A stretch of 64,000 nt of DNA from Girardia tigrina. Taxonomy: Eukaryota. The position numbers and the translations under genes are program-made. A model generated the notes under the pieces. It was not told where the DNA came from. It did not search any database and saw nothing but the letters and a program-made list of their open reading frames with translations. Every line of letters starts with the position of its first letter. Within the stretch, counting starts at the first letter, position 1. Below are positions 40,201-53,458 of this stretch, one piece after another. The DNA is taken from NCBI GenBank assembly GCA_001938485.1, contig MQRK01230191.1, positions 23,341 through 87,340 on the forward strand, written 5' to 3'.

Positions 40201-41378
40201 ACTTCTTTAACCCATTAACGCCTAAAAAGGAACTAGAGAGGGTATGACTACGCTCGTCTGCTCTAAGATATGATATTGCAGTGACTGTAAAATCTCAACC
40301 AGTCATATTTAAAGCAAAGTAATGTCATTGACTCATTACTTTGTTTATATAGACGCGATAAAACTTGAAAAGTTTCATAAACATTCTTCTCAAGTCATTG
40401 AATGTTAATTTTTTTCAAGCGTCCTCAAACATGGGCGGCCGGTGTAAATGGGTTTAAATTCTTTATCACACATTAAAATTTTTACATGTTTAAAAAATGA
40501 TTCATAAAAAAATCATATAAAATCAAAAAAAAAGTATTAAAATGTAAATTAAATGTTTATAAAATTTATGATTAGACAATTTATTTCTTTTATAATAAGA
40601 TTCTCATCAAAAATAAGACATTTAAATTAGAATTTAATTTTAAGATTTTTTTCTCAATTACACAATAACTTAAAATTATTCGACCAAAATGTTTAAAAGC
40701 TCAATTTTTTTCTCTGATAATTAATTTTTGTTTAAATTTCTATGAATATCTGCAATAAAAAAATTCAAAAATTAAATGAAAATAAAACATAAATTTAATG
40801 TCTATTACACAGTAATCTGTGACATTCATCGTTACTATCCTTTAAAAAACACAAAGCTAAACAGAACAAATTTTAGAGCAAATACAATCTTAATACCTTC
40901 CATGATTCATTTTCACAAAGTTCAAAGCACTTGCTATAATTTTCATCCGATTCATCCATCAATATTTCATCAATTTCTTTATTAAATTTATCTGCTTCAG
41001 CAATAACATCTTCCATTACAGAATAAAAGGATTCGGCATCGTCTAAACTTTAACATATTATTTCCTTTTTGGAACCTTATAACCGAATTACGAGCTTTGA
41101 CAATCTTCGAAGTTATCAGTATCTGCTATAAAATCTCCGTCAACAGAATGGAATGGTCTTTTACTTATATCCACCTTTTTCAATTTTGACTTTATTTTTT
41201 TTACCTCTGATTTTAAGTTCATTACTTCTTTCAGAATTTCATACAAATATCCTTCTTCGCGATTTCTCCTTAAAAGTAAATCTTTCAGAAAATATCCAAA
41301 GCCCACACCCAGTGCAAATCCGAAAACATGAGAAATTTTTCTCTGTGTAAAAGCGGTAGTAAATTTCGAAAAATCCAT
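29902..41378 (-). CDS. RMDN2: Regulator of microtubule dynamics (RMDN2/RMDN3/FAM82-like), 6 exons
   Basis: Exons ~41092-41378 (hydrophobic helix plus coiled coil), 40897-~41046, 36631-36873 (EFLWRYAK..EAHKWLAILYG..NGFKFK), 34657-34734 (EHIDKCIELNPND..GRFCYE), 30106-30204 (VERKLASLLFETPPNSTIEEA), 29902-30060 (CEVLAPN..); paralogue assignment approximate. Confidence 0.88.
31220..34359 (-). mobile_element. Ty3/Gypsy retrotransposon; pol on minus, integrase tail, PPT and LTR (33935-34359) on plus
   Basis: RLCLDFRLLN, IDLGNAYYQV, MPFG, VYLDD; ILDTDAS; HVDRG..NGMIERQFRT; plus strand GDLVLVK..YEGP, AAAGCAGGGGG, LTR TGTGAGA at 34145. Confidence 0.9.
35216..36050 (-). mobile_element. hAT transposase remnant
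   Basis: IVASTVDGA.. and QACLDHVLHFVVTKTFY (CxxH motif). Confidence 0.65.
37250..37800 (-). mobile_element. Penelope-like element 3' remnant (GIY-YIG endonuclease)
   Basis: GCNATYIGETSRHLSKRIQEH..E.LYIRSLDPKINVQ; downstream degenerate hammerhead GATGACGG-TTAAA-CCGTC-GAAA-TTAA-TA (37251-37280). Confidence 0.85.
40211..40452. mobile_element. piggyBac-type non-autonomous element
   Basis: TTAA|CCCATTAACGCC ... GGTGTAAATGGG|TTTAA; TIR match 10/12. Confidence 0.55.
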
Positions 41379-41702
41379 CTAAATGTGAAAATATTAAATT
41401 AAATTATTTTAATTGAATTAAACTCGTGTAAATTACATATTTAAATTATCAATGTTTACACTAATTCTATTGATTTATTTATATAAACAAAACTTTATGC
41501 TATTTGTGAAAGTAATTATGATTAAAAAACTCAAAATTTATTTAAAAAATTAAATATTGTTTGTTAGAATTTTGGGTAGTTCGCATAAAATTTTTATTTT
41601 TAGTATTTAAATCTCCTAAAGGAATTTTTTAAATATTTTAAATTAAAGTCTAAAATGGTAATCACAATATCGAAACATTATAAAAAATGAAAATGTATTG
41701 CT

Positions 41703-41890
41703 AGGTCGTCAAGAATGAAATTTATAGAACTAAAGTCAAAGTATAATTGATAATTTACCAATACAAATGTTTGTCATTGATCAAAGTATACACCCATATC
41801 ATCGACACACTTTTGCCATTTGAGCAGCAGCTTGTTGAGGCCTTTTGAGTAAAAAATTGGTGAGCAAGAATCTATAAAATGCTCTATTTG
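41703..41890 (-). mobile_element. mariner 3'-end fragment
   Basis: FYSKGLNKLLLKWQKCVDDMGVYFDQ*. Confidence 0.75.
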
Positions 41891-42060
41891 TGAAGTTATT
41901 ATTTGATTGTATCTTTGACTTGGACAATTAATCAATTAAAGTATTTAATTTAATGATTTGGGCAATCGAGGTGATTTAATAAATATTTGCAACAAGAAAT
42001 AAAACGAGTTCAAATAAAAATATTTATTTGTTATCGACAAATGTTTATAAGATTTACTTA

Positions 42061-42120
42061 CAGTCGAATCTCTATTTAACGAAGTGGAAGGGACAAAAAA
42101 ATACTTCGTTAAATAGAGGT
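42061..42120 (+). mobile_element. pogo/Tigger-type terminus
   Basis: TA|CAGTCGAATCTCTATTTAACGAA...TTCGTTAAATAGAG. Confidence 0.5.
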
Positions 42121-42397
42121 AAGTCTTTTTTTTCTATGTGATATCAGTGGCCAGGTTGATAGCTATTCACTAATTTAATTGTAATTGGGAACACTCGATA
42201 GTTTAATTAAATTTCATGTTCTCGTAACTGATAAATAATATTAAGTGATAAAAAATAAAAAAGGTTTTGTGAATTATTTATTTAACAATAGCAGCACAAG
42301 TACTGATCAGAATGAGGGGGACATTAAATGTAATACAATGTCATCATGAGAAAAAATCTGTGATTTTTGTCTGCTGCGTCCCATGATTAAATATAGT

Positions 42398-44239
42398 AAT
42401 GGTTTTAGTTTTATAAAAGTTTCTCGAAAAAAATGACAAAAATAATAGTAATTACAAAATAATGCATGTGTTTAAATAATATGTTCTTGTGCACTTTTAA
42501 ATAATTTTTTTCATAATAAACTTACAGTTCAAATAGACAATGGAGATCGTTAAGGTATGTGAAGTGGATATTATTTCTACAATTCCTCAGTCTACTACCC
42601 ATTCACACTTCTTTTACATTGATTACTTAAATACAAGTGCAATCTGTAAGATATGTCTTACCAAATTTGAGTATCACCAACAAAAGACGGGCACCCGTAG
42701 TTTGAAACGACATCTGGATAATAAACACCCGAACGTGTCCAGTGCGAAAGAGAAAACTAAGTCAACTTTGAGTCAACAACATTCTACTCTAATATCCTGT
42801 GGATTTATTGAACCTCGTACTAAAAAGTGTCATATTGAAATATATTTAAAGTTTTAAAAAATCTTTTTTTTTCACTCGCATGTAGTCGCCATATTCTACC
42901 TCTTCAATTCTTTGAAGATATAATCAATGCCAAAGGCTTTGGTCTGCCTTCAATCAGTCATCATGATGTTCGAAATGAATTGAGGAAAGTGACAGTTGAA
43001 ATTAAAAGTGATTTGATGGACAAGCATCGTGATGAGTGGGCATCAATTGTGCTAGATCGTTGGAAAAATCATGTATCCCGCCACAAACATTTAACAATCT
43101 TATTATTTTTCTCAAATGAACCCACGAAACCAGTATTTTTGCAGAGTGTCTTGTTACTTGACAATAGTGCACTGTCAATTTCAACGTGTGTATTTGATGT
43201 ACTGAACAATTTGGATTCTTGTGACATCAAGGTGATCAGTGCTATTACCGACAATGTCAGATGTATGGTTGCCGCGATGGAGCTCGTATTTCAATAGCGC
43301 CCTACCATGTTGCCTCTAAGATATGCTGCTCACAAAATCAACATTATAATTAAAGATGTGTTGAAAAATTTTGATTTCATAAGAGTTGGTTTTCAAATAC
43401 TCTCGAGCAACATAAAGTATTATAAAGCGCTCTTGTGAAATCAGATGGAATAGTGCCTTCGATCGTTTTATAGATCTGGTGAAATACCTTCGGAGACAAG
43501 ACTGGCTATCCAATTCTGATATGCTTGTTGGCATTGAAGCACACAATATCAGCTTTGTCTCCTTTCATTGATGCACTTAATGTTGCTCAAAAGGACGGTT
43601 GTGATTGGCTGACGTTGTACAATGAGTTCTCCAAAGCAGTAGCAAAGACCTCTGAATCCAGTCGGGACCCCTTGGCAGCGGGGGCTGAAAATCGCAGATA
43701 TTTACTACTGTATCCAGTTGTTCCCCTTGATATGTTTGTCAATGAGCAAAAGCAGTTATCTGAAGCTTTTGAAGGTAGGCTTCACTAGTGGTTGGAAGCA
43801 CTTGGAGTTCCTAAATTCTATCAATACGTTTGTGAACGCGAATTTCATTCAATTGCAATTATTCTGAGGCGATTACGTCTATTTATAGAACATAAACTCA
43901 AAACGATACTAGTATCCGAGGCAGCTGTGGAGAGGTGTTTTAGTGTCCAAAATTTTATTCATTCTCCTTTGATAGCGAGCATGTCCAATGAAGTTGTGGA
44001 TGACATTATTTTTATTCGATATAATAACTCCTTTAAATATGACATTTTCTCTCCATCAATTACTGAAGAATGCAGTGAATTTGATTGTCTCGCCATTGAT
44101 GAGGATGATAGTGACAAGAGAAATCCTTTTTTTCTTTTTTATGTGGATTTTGAAATAAGGATTTATATTTAGTTATTTTGTAATTACTATTATTTTTGTC
44201 ATAGTTATAAGACAAAACTTTGAAAAAACTAAAACCATT
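42398..44239 (+). mobile_element. hAT transposon (BED finger to dimerisation domain), pseudogenised
   Basis: CKIC..LKRHLDNKH; ITDNVRCM; EIRWNS; SEAAVERCFS..IFIRYN; ~65-bp inverted repeats at 42398-42462 and 44173-44239. Confidence 0.9.
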
Positions 44240-44767
44240 AATTTATTAAATTAATTTACATTGAATTTAAAATTAAATTAATATTTAATATCTTATATGG
44301 AGAGTTCTGAAAAAAGATTTTCAAATTTCGTAAACTAAAAAATATTTAAATTATTCAAAATAAAATAATGATATTATTAATGTTTCCAATTTACTTTATA
44401 AAAAAATTAATCCTTTAATTTTTTTATAAACTTAATTGTTTCTACGGGATTAAATGTTTTGGTATTAATTTGGAATAATTAGGTTATAAAACTTAAATAA
44501 AATAAATATAAAAAAATTTGTAATTCAATATTAATTTCCATTAGCAATAAAAAGTTAAAATAAAAAAATAATTATTTTAATTTTATAATCATTTTAATTT
44601 TTTTAATATTTAGGATTAAATATTTTGGTACTAAATTTCGTGGTATTACCTCTCGCATACTGTAATTATAAGTTCTTGCTATAACACGGTATTCAGTTTT
44701 TTAGTATTTAAAATTATGTGTATGTCCAAACAATATTGGAAAATGAAGAAACTAATTTATATTTTGG

Positions 44768-44945
44768 AGCCCGTGCTTCAGGCCAGGAGGCATGTTACAG
44801 GTTACGGGCCGTTAAATGATAACATCCCAATGATTTGAAATTCTTCCGATGACCGATAGCTAAAAATTTTAAGGCGCCATGTACTGTAGCCCGTAGTCCG
44901 TAGCCATAATTTGAAGCCCGTAGCCCGTAAATTGACGCCCGGCTC
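44768..44945. mobile_element. Small GC-rich MITE-like element
   Basis: GAGCCCGTGCTTCA...TGACGCCCGGCTC ends with GCCCGTA internal repeats. Confidence 0.4.
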
Positions 44946-45091
44946 ATACAGGTTCAACCCCAGGTTATCAGTCTTTCATTGTACATATAAAATTTCGCAA
45001 AAAATAGTCAATATTTATTAAATATTATTTAAAAAACTGTCTTTTTTATCAAATTCAGAAAAATTAAATTAATTTAATTTTATAGAAGATT

Positions 45092-46030
45092 TGTAAAAAC
45101 ATTTATTCTTTGGAAGAGTTCCTATTTTAATTCATATCATACAATCATGCATTTACAATAAACATTTCATACAACCATATATAATTTTAGTCATACCTTA
45201 CACTCCCTCTATTTAAATAGTTTGAACCCTTACACATTTCGTATCACTAATTTATAGTCTTTAAATTAAATTTCACAACTTCTTTTGTGCCAAAAATCAT
45301 TCCAGGGGAAGTTTGTATTAAAATTTGCCAGAACTTTCTTTAATGCCTTACCAAAAGAATTATTAAATCTTTATTATGTAATCCATCTTTCAGGCCATTT
45401 CTCGTTTTCCTTTCATTGGTATTGGTTGTAGAGTGAGCTGGGCTTTGCAGCCACGCAATGGCGAAGGATGGGAGGTTTGTGGGTCGTTGGGGGAAAAACT
45501 GCATCTCACTAGAACCTTTTATTCGGCCGTTCGGTTGGTTGTTGTCGGCAGTCTCTTTCCTCAGCCAGTCTCGCATTTCCCAGATCGACGATTCTCTCGG
45601 CTTTATAAGGCTGCTGAATTGATTGCTGCACGACTGATAAATGACGCTCTTGAATCCGGCGGATGTTATATTGACGAACTACTCGGTGAACGCAATGGAG
45701 ATCTTGACGTCAGAGTGATCTCCGATCCCCTGCATGTTTTCGATATTGATCGTCTGCGTACTCTGATTTGGAGTTTACACACATTTTCTTCGAGCAATAT
45801 TTTCAAGTCAAAATTTTTCTCATTTTCCACATAATTCGAAGGTGGTTTACATTTTGATAAAAGATTCAGATGATAATCAAATAAAGGTCGGATAAATTCG
45901 TCAGCACTTTGGTCGTTCGTTTTCATTTCATTAATATCGCTAGCGTTTTGATTATTCTTAGGATCTTTACAGTTCGATTTGACTTTGCTTTTCGCAAGAA
46001 ATATCGATGAAGGTCGAGAATTAGTAGGTA
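45092..46030 (-). mobile_element. Deleted LTR-element remnant with a short 3' LTR (45092-45202)
   Basis: Minus-strand AGAGGGAG purine tract then TGTAA...TTACA; upstream SR-rich ORF pieces. Confidence 0.5.
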
Positions 46031-46068
46031 AAATAAATCACAAAAAAATTTCATTAAAATATTATATA

Positions 46069-47310
46069 CGTGGTGCGATCAATAAGTCCTTAGACTCGAC
46101 AAGAAAGCAAGGTCCAATCAACTTTATTTTTTCAGAATCAGTACATGACATCAAAGTCGATCATTTCTCAATGTATGGACCGTGTACATCAACACACTTG
46201 TGCGAGCGAGCAACAAGCTCAGAGAACGCATTTTTGTAAAAATTGGGAGGCAAAGAATTGAGAATATCAAGGACTTTATCCTTGAGGACATCAATTGATT
46301 GAAAGTAGACACCTTTCAAATGTTTCTTTAGGTGTTTAAACAACGCAAAATGACCTGTGGCTAGGTCAGGGTTATAGAGGGGGTTGGAAACTAACTGAAA
46401 GCCTTAGTCATCCACAGCAGTCAAAGTTGCTCGCGAAGTATGAATGGGTGCATTGTCATTGTGAGGAATATTTTAAATTTGGTATGTTGAAATTGGTTTG
46501 TTGAATTTTGTATGTTGAGTTTAGTATTTGGAAATGTGTTTCTCCCACCCAGATGGAAAATTGATATTTTNNNNNNNNNNNNNNNNNNNNNNNNNNNNNN
46601 NNNNNNNNNNNNNNNNNNNNNNNNNNNNNNNNNNNNNNNNNNNNNNNNNNNNNNNNNNNNNNNNNNNNNNNNNNNNNNNNNNNNNNNNNNNNNNNNNNNN
46701 NNNNNNNNNNNNNNNNNNNNNNNNNNNNNNNNNNNNNNNNNNNNNNNNNNNNNNNNNNNNNNNNNNNNNNNNNNNNNNNNNNNNNNNNNNNNNNNNNNNN
46801 NNNNNNNNNNNNNNNNNNNNNNNNAAAAAATTATCAATTTAGAACGATGTCGAATGACGAGAGTTTCGCTGAGAGTTGTTCAAAAGACAATTCTGATTGT
46901 AATGAAAATAAAAGTTTGAAAAGCCATGTTGGTGTTCTTAATAGTCATGAAAGAGCCACAATGGTTTCCCTCTTGGTGTCCTACGGAACTTTCTCACATC
47001 TCGAAGTAATTCAACATAATACTCACTATTCATTGTCAGTCCTTTCTCAAGGAAATCAATTTTAATAATGCCATGGGAATCTCAGAACACAATCAGCATT
47101 GCTGATATCTTGTGCGAGGTGCCACTTCGAAGTTTTCGGGGAGCACTTTCACAGGGGAAACATCACTCAGAAGATTAACGCTTGCTCTCAGACACATACA
47201 AGCTCAACGGTTTCATCATGTGTAACTATGTTGTTAATGAAGCGATCATCATGAGTGCGAAGCAACTCCAAATTGGCAGTGCAACACTGCAAACGTTTAA
47301 ATTACATTTC
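46069..47310 (-). mobile_element. mariner transposon split by a solo LTR
   Basis: TA|CGTGGTGCG TIR; IVTHDET, HDNAPIHTS (after LTR excision), LFKHLKKHLKG..KCVDVHGPYIEK. Confidence 0.88.
46460..46943 (+). mobile_element. Solo LTR, same family as 16632-17230
   Basis: Near-identical sequence; 5-bp TSD GTCAT at 46455-59 and 46944-48. Confidence 0.9.
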
Positions 47311-47317
47311 AAGCAGT

Positions 47318-47644
47318 CTACCTAGCAGTCTGACCAACTCTGTGATGATAATCTTTGAAAGATTCCGGGTCATTGAAATTGATTACTAAACCCACACTAC
47401 GGAAATCTAAAGTACGACTGGCAACATCATTTATGACCAACCCCGACACCTTTCCTTTACTAAAACATTCTAATGCTTCTTCTCGGTCAGCTCTCATCAT
47501 ATCACTGTTGAGGGATACCGATGAAATATCGAAATCTTTTAAAACCCCACATAACAATTTTGACCAATGTTTTGATTCAACAAAAACTATTTCTCTTGAC
47601 AATTCTGTTTCGTCCGAGTTTAAAAAGTGCTTTGAGGTTTCCAC
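47318..47644 (-). pseudogene. DEAD-box helicase C-terminal domain fragment (DDX47/RRP3-like)
   Basis: IVFVES, DVASRTLDF, VINF..KDYHHRVGQTAR (degenerate motifs IV-VI). Confidence 0.85.
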
Positions 47645-50600
47645 ACGACAAAAATAATTCTATCGATATGTTACGATGCCACAATTATACTTAACACTAG
47701 ACCCCTTCCGTCATTTACACCACCCCGCGAGCATAAGATTGTTGTGAAATTTGAGAATAGTCAAACTCGACTATTCCCGTTACGTTTAAGTTCGTCGACG
47801 AGATGGCGAGTTCCGGATGGGATCTGTAAATACACCCCTGAGAGTGATCGTGAACCCGAAATCGATTAGTGGACGTTGCCGATACCTTTTAGAGACCCTT
47901 GAAGAATCTATAAAACAAGACTAAAATCATAATTAATTAACAAAATTAATTACCAACCGTGAATCATGGTGATTCAACCATCATCTGATTTTGAGACGTC
48001 TGTGGAGGCGAAATCCAAATCATCCTGAAGAAACAATGATGAAATGTCGGCCGAACGACAAGTAACTTACCGAGACGACACATACCGTCAGACAATTGTG
48101 ATGCATTCTGTTATAGATCCGAAAGGCCAGATGTCAGGCACGCAGACTAAAATCATCGCAGATGAGAAAAATTATTAAATGAAAATATACCGAAATCGAG
48201 AAAGTCTGCAGATATAGTAAGGGCACATCAACAACCACCGCATAGCGACATTTCGCTTCATAGACCGCATAAACAGATAACCCGGACGTCGGAATAACAA
48301 CTACATCCTGACAATTGCTAGACAAACGAGCCGGATGGTTGCAAGCAAGCTCAAATAAGGTAAATAAATAACCTGCATAACAGACGAACAATTATTCACT
48401 TACAGGATGTCGTGAATACGACGATTGCGGCCTAATATAAACATTGCAGATAGTTGCAATCGTTCTTCCCCCTCCCATCCTTTTCTTGGATAATTTCGAC
48501 GAACAAGCCGAAATTATCGTCGCGTACAGGATGCCCGAACATATCGGACGATGTATGCGTCCAACCGGGTATAAATACCCGATGTATTTCACACTCGCTC
48601 GCACAAAAAAGGCACTTTTTTATTTAAACAGTTCAGCACAATTTTTGAAGCAATTTTTCGCACATTATTGGCACGCTTTTCGACGCAAATTTTTGAGGCA
48701 CATTATTGACGCACATTTTACTGACACTAAATTTGTTGTTGTAATATCAACCGAGGTAAATTATATGCAGTAATTAATCCTATTTTATTCATGAATCTTT
48801 ATTGAATTATTATTTGTAATGTTGTATAACGTTTAATGTAGTTTTTATGTGCCTTTAGTTCTGTTCTAATGTTTATTATTGATAATGAATTTTACTCAAT
48901 AAGAATGAGCGTTATGATGAACACCCATGATCGAGATAAAAATTATGAGTTAATTAGGAAACCGATGATCGTCAGTCGTTTGATAATTACCAAAGGGGTC
49001 ATTATGGGGGTTAATGAGAGTAATTCTGATCTCCTGCTTGGGAGGAAATCTAAGGAGACGAACCCAAACTGAGAAATGCAACGTTCGGTGTAAATATTGT
49101 AGATAAAGGATAAGAGATTAGTATAAATGACAGTTATGGATAGAATAGAATCTATGTAATCATGGAAATATACTGAGCCTTAATGTAAATAATTCCTATC
49201 AATAACCTTAAGAAGGTGTAGTAGTGTATCAGAGTATATATTTCGAGAAGAAGTTGAAACAACTCGGAGTATGTAGATGATGTGAATAATGGTAATGTGC
49301 GCTCAATGTTAATAGATGCCTCTCAATTTGCTAGTGAAGAAATCTCTAACCGATTTATTAGTTAGGAAATTCGAGTGAACCCTTCGAATGTTATCGATTT
49401 TGTTGGGTTTAAAATGCGAGCCTGATATTCACTTAATGTAGCAAATAAATTCAGTAGTTTGACAGTTAACTTAGCATTTTTACGGCATGACGAATTTTAT
49501 TTTAATCGATTTTTTATTTTTATCTTTTAATTCTTAATTTTTAACTATCTCTTTCATTTTATTATTCATTTTTGATTTTAATCTTAAATTTAACTTTGAT
49601 TTGAGCGAGTGATAAAATGATAACAACAAAGTGATAAACAAGAATGATAATGAGGGTAATAGGAAGCCCCAGAGAACAGGTCTTGAAGTGATGCGTAAAT
49701 AAAGTAGTGTGTAAACGAAGGTGTTAGAGTTCTGAGTGTTATAATAATGAGAGCTTCGATTGTTACAAAATTCCTAACTATTATTAAAACTTATTAGCAA
49801 TATTCATTTTCATTTGGTTTAACCATTTTATTTAACCTTTTTGTTTCATTCATTTAATCAGTGTAATTAATTTTAATTTGCGATGTCACCGATATAATAT
49901 TTTGTTGATAATCTTCCATGATACATATACAAGTAAAACTTTTGTGCTCCAACTTTCGTACGTACAAATCGGTGATTTGTTCGGAGCGGTATAAATCAAA
50001 CTTATTATTATTATTACAATAATCAATTATTCCTGACATTTAAAACCACATTGGAGAGATCACAGATAAAAAGTAATGATGATCAATAAAATAACACGAC
50101 ATATATATTAAAATCAGAAAAATATAAAATGATATGAGTCTAAAATCAAAAAAGTATCAAATGGTGTGTACCTAAAATCAGATTTAAAGAGACGAGAATG
50201 ATGAGGTCGAAGGAGATATGGATTTACACGGGATCAGAATTCACTCAATTGTAAATTAATGTGAATGTAAATTCGATTAAATTTGAACAAAGCAACTGTC
50301 TGTAACTATAGTAAAGGTGGGTAAATAAGAGCTATATTTATATAATATTGTGAGAGGGATAGAAGATTCAAACGTTAAAGAGTATTGTTATATCATTGAC
50401 TGGGGCGAAGAACGTTTTGGAGGTGACGCAGGCCGACCGCAGTTTGCGAGGGTCATGCAGGTTGATCGACGTTTACTTCCTTGAGGCTTTATTGGTCTGA
50501 CGTAATTGATAAGCTGGTGTACTAAAATATTTAAGCAATGTGAAACAATATCAACCATTTCAGGCACTGAGGCCACCAGTCGGGCAATACTCGTTACTAG

Positions 50601-50769
50601 TTAGAACCCGAAGGCGCTCCGAAGCACACACAACTTGTTGATGTTCGTGGAGGAGGCACGTCTATTCCCTTAAACTATGAATAATTATTGAGAGGAATAC
50701 GAACTACATAGGAGTTGCCGTTGAACTCTAAAAATGTTGTCAAGAGAAGGAAACACGACAGATATCATC

Positions 50770-51300
50770 TGTCACCAAAACAAATTCGTGTATTAATTTT
50801 CCTATGGTCTGATGCTCGTGAGACACTTCGACTCGAATAGGATTTTTAATACAAACTGTTTCGAGTTTTTCCAACTTATTTGTCATCGCAGCAGAAAATA
50901 AACACGTTTGATGTACTTTCGGTAAAAACGAAACAATAGTCTCTATATCTGTGAGAAAATCATCATTCAACATTCGATCGGCTTTGTTGAGAATAAAAAA
51001 GTCAACGATTTAAAATTCAACAATTACGTTTTATTGATGTGAAGACAAACTCGCCCGAAGTACCGATCCGCATGTGAAATTTATTCGACTTTAACAGTTT
51101 AATTTGATCGTTAACAAAGTCACCTCCGAGCAAAGTGACGACTCTCAGATCGACTTCTTCGCCAAATTTCATAAATTCGTTCTTTATTTGCACCGCTAAT
51201 TCGTGTGTTGGAGTTAAAATCAATGCAAAATTATATTTCGGTTTGAGAAACAATTTTTGTAAAATCAGAAGGCACCGGTTCTTCGTCCCGACCCTCAGGT
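50770..51300 (-). pseudogene. DDX47: DEAD-box helicase N-terminal domain fragment (DDX47/RRP3-like)
   Basis: FALILTPTHELAVQI, LLGG, NKADRMLNDDF (DEAD degenerate), TCLFSAAMT..NPIRVEVSHEHQTIGKL; frameshifted. Confidence 0.75.
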
Positions 51301-52895
51301 TGCCCCGAGAATCGGACGGAGGTAGCGTCATTGCGCAGTAGTTCTTTGTTAATATCGTTCGTGTGCTGGGCCCATGTTAGAAAAGGATTATTTGAATGGT
51401 TTATTTTTGATTTATACACTTTTTCAATCAATTTTTAACCAAGGTAACAATCAAGGTAATAATTAATGAAAGAAAAAAATCAGTTAAATTTTATTTCTTA
51501 ATTATTAATTTTATTTAAAATAAAAGGTCGTGAGGATATATTATCCCGTCGCCCACGTTAAAATTAAATAAGTTACTAAGTTTTTACCTTTTCTGTAATT
51601 GTTACATAAAGATAAATATACCTTTTTTTAAATAATTTCTTTTGTTTTGAATTAAATCTATATCCTTATACATAAATTGCGAATAATTACCCAATACCCC
51701 AACATTAAAGTGACCTCAATATTCTTGACTTACAACTTTAAAATCACATTTAAGAAGCACATCGAAGGCAAATGATAGATGCTTTTGATTGAATGAGGTG
51801 AAATCCATTTCTTCAAATCCTGATCTTGCCGTCGAAAAAAGCTACTTTCGGTGCCGAAATTTCCGGTGTTGATTGAGAAAGTTTTACAAAAATTCAACTT
51901 CTTTCTTTCATTTTCGAAATTACACTGACATTCATTTTATTGTCTGATTGTAGTCACCATTAAAATCAGAAGAAATAACCATTTACAAAAATGAGGTATT
52001 TTTGACAGTAACTAATGATTATTTAAATAACCATCTAACTTTTATTTGTTTTTGAATGATTATTTTTTATAAATATAACATCGTAAATATCCATCCAACG
52101 ATCCACACATGAGGTTTTAAAATGTAGAAATCTCCCCGCAACATCATCAAAACCATAATTTTCATGTTTTGCCGCCATTAAATTTGGAACAAATGAATAA
52201 GAATAATCATTGAATTTCAGTAATCTATCCATCTATTTATCCCTTTCTATTGGCGAAAGAAATCATTTTAGATATGTCTAATAATAGTCAAAATAAATTA
52301 AAATTTATATTAAAAATTTTATTAAATATTTCAAATAAATTAAAGACAAAAGTCGTCATAAAAATTATGTAGGAGCATCGTAGTCGAACAAGAATATATA
52401 TAGAAGGATAAAATGAATTAATATAAAGCAATATAAAATAATATTAATATAAAATAATAATTAATAATATTGTTAGGTATATTAAAAAATATGAATTAAA
52501 AATAAAAGTATTTTGTTTTAATTAATTGATAAATAAAACTTTATTTATCCTTCTACTATAATAAATATAGAGTATTGGAGAAATTCAATAATTGTATATA
52601 TAATTAATTGTAACTGAAATTAAAATTAAAGAATTATATATATTTATAAAAAAATAACTGTTATAAAGAAAGAAAAATTATTACAAAAAAAATTACTTTT
52701 GTTAATTGTTAAGAAAAAAAAGAGAGAAAAAGAAACTTATAAAAAATATTATGTAAAGAATTATATTTGTTATAATGTGTTAAATTAAAATTACAGTTTT
52801 GATAACCAATAAAGGTTTAATAAGGATATCGATTTTTTTAATTATACTAATAAACAAATTATCCATCAGAATATTGTATAAGATACCATTTCAAC

Positions 52896-53300
52896 ATGCC
52901 TTGGCTTTTAACTAGGGAACTTTACGTTAATGGATCTCAAAAATTAATGATAAATGCATTTAAATTGGCAATAGCAAGTCAAGCTTTTTGGAATCTGTTG
53001 CAATCAGTTGGCAGAGATGGAAAATTGAATTTTAACTGTGATCATCCGAAAGACCTAGAAATAATACTTCGATATGCTCATATCGGCGAAGTAGATGTGA
53101 CTCGTCAAAAGGTGGAATATCATGTTCTATATACGAACGAACAAACTGTTACCGAACACAAACAAAGAGACCTAAAAATCTCGGAAGAAATCAACCAATT
53201 AATGGGCGCAAGAAATACGGTCCTCTTAAGGACCACAATTGACGATTGTAAGCTGGAGTTTTGGACTGCATCCTCATGGACCCGGGTGCTGGTGATTAAC
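52896..53300 (+). pseudogene. Divergent BTB/POZ-like ORF
   Basis: AFKLAIASQAFWNLL..DLEIILRYAHIGEV resembles the BTB pattern vLaa.S.yF..l..ll.y.YtG.i. Confidence 0.5.
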
Positions 53301-53332
53301 AAAAGTAATTTTCAAGTAAATAATTTTCCAAT

Positions 53333-53350
53333 TGGTAGCAGAGCGTGGTT
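53333..53350 (+). promoter_or_regulatory. Primer-binding site for initiator tRNA-Met
   Basis: CA-AT-TGGTAGCAGAGCGTGGTT. Confidence 0.85.
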
Positions 53351-53458
53351 GCTCTGTTGGGAGCAACCGCGCTCGGACCCGCTCTATCTTTCGTCGATAG
53401 AGTGTTATTTAATATTTAATAAAATTTATATAATATATATATATTTATTTATAATAAA

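Noticed and set aside
51700-52232. Coding-like minus-strand fragments
   Set aside because: Multiple stops and no recognisable motif; left unannotated
52885-52895. ACCATTTCAAC before the BTB ORF as a copy of the RING-Tc1 terminus
   Set aside because: Only 11 bp, with no subterminal array
53333-53400. tRNA-Met gene
   Set aside because: Only 18 nt complementary to the tRNA 3' end including CCA; no cloverleaf
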